In this document: positions 60,869 through 64,000 of the stretch, one piece after another | How the letters are laid out: each line of letters starts with the position of its first letter | Numbering within the stretch: position 1 is the first letter of the stretch | Assembly (NCBI GenBank): GCA_965637545.1 | Contig: OZ281496.1 | Span: 15,748,001 to 15,812,000 of the forward strand | Source of the DNA: Phallusia mammillata | Taxonomy: Eukaryota | Reading direction: 5' to 3' | Length of the DNA stretch: 64,000 bases | Translations under genes and position numbers: made by a program | Notes under the pieces: generated by a model | The model's input: only the letters and a program-made list of their open reading frames with translations | The model's database searches: none | Told to the model about the DNA's origin: nothing

Positions 60869-63800
60869 ATCTACAGGGATCTCCTCCTTATGATGCAAAA
60901 TCCATTTACCTACGTCTGCCAACAATCTTGTTTTAGAATTGAGGTCTTCGTCGGTGTCAATTGGCATAAATTCAAAACGTTTATAGCATTTGAACGTACT
61001 AATCGTTTCTCGTTAACCTGATAGTGTTTGCAAGACCTCTAGTTGCTTTTTATTTACAAAAAGGTACATTAATGAATTGAATTGTACTGACCACGATTGG
61101 ATTTTGAAGGTATAAGGACATTGAAATAATTTTTTATACTTCAAAAAACGAGATGTCGGAGGAGACCAGTTGCGCGTACTAGTAGCGGTTTGCTTGACTT
61201 TATTTCACACGTTTACAGCTGATACAACACACAAACAACAATAGTATTCTTTCGCTTGCTGCAGTTGTTCCATTTCTCTTTCGAGACATCTAAACATAAT
61301 AATTTTTGTGAATTTCTTTCATAACTGAAATCGTTGTTCTTGCTCTTTCTGATGTTCTGAAGTCAACATGTTGGATCGCAGAAATAGAACGAATTGCCCT
61401 ACCCGATAAGTTATTTCAGTTTTCTTTTCCTTTTTGTCTGCAGAACGCAACAATTGCCTGAAATCCACTTTGCTGATTTGTATTACACTGTCATGCTTTT
61501 TTACCCTTGTTCATCATGTGGTTTATTTATACTCACAGTGCTTCATGTTTAGTTATTTATTTGCTGGTACGTCAGTAGCAATATTGCCTGCGCTAAGAGA
61601 TTATAAATCTCTTTAAACTGTTATTTTTTTTTACTGACCATTACAGATATTGTTTCATATAGTCAGGGTCAGCTACAATTCATATCCACGTGTGGTTCCA
61701 GCTGATCCTTTTTTGTTGCAACGCATCTATTTGTTCTGTTTATTGTGAATAATTGTTGCGTTTTTTTCTCTGCAAACAACATAAGTTAAATGATTGTTTG
61801 ATTGCCGCCTCTGAAAGCAACGCAAATAACTCCAAAAGTCCACTGTTTTCTTAACAAAAGTATCTTTTTTAAAATTTTCTGCAATGAAAGCAATCTAATT
61901 AAGAGCAAATTGCGCAATCAATTGCCAATTTCTACTTTGGGTGTTGGTTGGTTTTTGTAAATAAAGTTTTTAAATACTAATACTGTTAAAACATTTTTAT
62001 CTATTCCAAGAATAGTTTTTAGTCTCAAGAACAAAAAAATCGCTTCACGTCTGAAACATATTGTGGGAAGTACTAAACTGCTGAAAATGCTTCTGACTTG
62101 AAATAAATATATCTTACCTCTTAAACGAATGGGTGGAAATAAATCATGTTTAAAACGTGCAAGTACTCATCAGCAATGTCGGATGTTGAATAAGAGGTGA
62201 TTCCTGTTTTGCCTTGTTGAGAAACGCTGCTCCTGAAAGGTTGCATTATTTTTAATTGGCTATTTTAAGTACTTCGCTTTTTTGGAGGGACATTGGTCTT
62301 GTTTGTACAATTCCAGATTGTGTTTCATTGTTTGTTCAGATCTTATGTATGTTTAAACCGGTACAGTTTGAACTGCCATGATGTACATGTCCTGGAAAAG
62401 TGCCTTCGTATTTATATAACGCTGATGTAGGGCCATTGCTTTAAAAATCCAAGAAATGTTTCTGGTATAGTTTTTTATTCTTCTTGAGTTTTGATTTATT
62501 ATAGCTTGCAAGATTGATTAAGTCTTCCCATAAAGGTTGTTGTGGCTGGCTTTGTTCATGCACTGTTTTTTTATTCATAAGATTTGTTGTTGCCAAAGGT
62601 GTTCGTTTGTTTTTGTAAACAAGTTTTATGTTTAGACATTGAACCTGCACCATAGTCATCTATATATTATGACATTTGTCTATTCTTTTTTCTCCAATTT
62701 TTTTGTTGTTGTCCACAATACAGTATACATCTTTTTTTTCCATTTGTAACTCTTGGATTGGTCAGTCATAAAATCTTTGCTTGGTGTGGTTTTAATTGGG
62801 GGATAGTTGTTGATGTATGAGTGGAATACCTGCTGCTCACTGCTATCGAATTGCTGTCTATTAATACCGTGAACATTGCGACACATTAGCACTAAAACAA
62901 TTATCTGCCAGAAATAGCTGCGCAAAATTAAAACGTTACAGACCGCAAAACATTGAATGGCACAGTTGGTGGATAATGGCTGAACGCGCTGCAGCTATTA
63001 ATAGGCGTTAGGTGTATTGATAGGCGTTAGGTGACCCGGGCTTACAAGAAAGTGAGGTTGGTGCATTGTAGACAGGACTGGGGGAGGTAACGTTGGGGAA
63101 AGAGGGTGGGATTGAACAGGAAAAGAAACCCTGTAGGATTGTTTTAAGCGCCTGAAGAATGGACGCACAGAATTGGCTTACAATTTAATATTACCCTTTG
63201 GAGTTTAGTTATTCGATTGATGAAGTCATTCATATTGAATAACGACGCTAATTTTATAGTGTAAGGAATAAATAAAGAATTCGAACAGGAAAACAAATGA
63301 AATAAACACATTGAGGCATGGGCATAAAGCTTTATTGACAGCAGGTGATTTATTGCAAAGCTTGGTTAAAGAACGCTTCAATCATAAGAATCCCTGTAAC
63401 AATAAAGACATTTCCACGATATATGCAATATTTACCCAGAAGCTTAAGACTATTATTACAGAACAATATGCTGTGTTTGGTGAAAACAACTTTGTGTCGG
63501 TAATATTCGAAGTAAAAATAAACACAGCAAACTTACACGTGCAATTTTTAGTGCTATAGCTTGTGCACTACTAATCACATGCAGTAAAATGTAAAAAGAC
63601 ACGCAACGGGCAAACTTTAGCGTTGAAGCGGTCGACGTAAGCGCGATAAAAGCGAACAACAACAAACGTACAATCGGAGGTTCGTCTGTCTCGTTGGGAA
63701 AATATTTACTTGGTTCCCCCTCCGCTACTATTGTATTAAAAACTGTGGCTTAATAATTGTGAACTTGTGAGGCAGAGTGGCAGACTCGGAGCGGCCAGAA

Positions 63801-64000
63801 ATGAGAGCTACAATCTAGCTTGTTTTCAGATAATAGCATGTCTTTGTTATGCTTTTACCTGAAGGTTAACACCTCAAGCACATAAAGATGATTCATTGTG
63901 AGTATTGGTTTCCATCACAGTTTTAGTACTTTGGACGCCCTTAACACTAAAAATATTTTTATAAATTTTATACAAATATTCTGTAATTTTGAAATCAGAA

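Noticed and set aside
59233-64000. Short ORFs in the last 5 kb as host exons
   Set aside because: No conserved domain or consistent exon chain recognisable by eye.
1-64000. tRNA, rRNA or tRNA-derived SINE
   Set aside because: No convincing A/B-box or cloverleaf pattern found on reading; a covariance search would be needed to exclude them fully.

Overview
AT-rich eukaryotic (metazoan, probably marine invertebrate; inferred from intron style and TE content) DNA. It is essentially a transposon graveyard: I found no intact host gene, tRNA, rRNA or CRISPR array. From left to right: (1) a decayed NOF-FB/Mutator-like transposase; (2) a near-intact Ac-type hAT element with TIRs and an 8-bp TSD; (3) a 9-kb run of co-oriented minus-strand remnants (tyrosine recombinase, orphan Cys-rich ORF, Ulp1-like protease + PHD, PIF1 helicase, Myb/SANT, possible OTU, Polinton-type PolB); (4) a rearranged CR1/L2-group LINE; (5) MULE and ZMYM1-type hAT remnants; (6) a ~20-kb palindrome (arms 23930-32701 and 35757-44039) centred on a second LINE and a 200-N gap, with one arm carrying a private Penelope insertion; (7) a multi-layer nest Penelope > Harbinger > hAT > Buster-hAT; (8) a long Buster transposase ORF and several MITEs. 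Three minimal hammerhead-ribozyme motifs lie in Penelope-like sequence. All family assignments come from motif recognition by eye; no searches were run.
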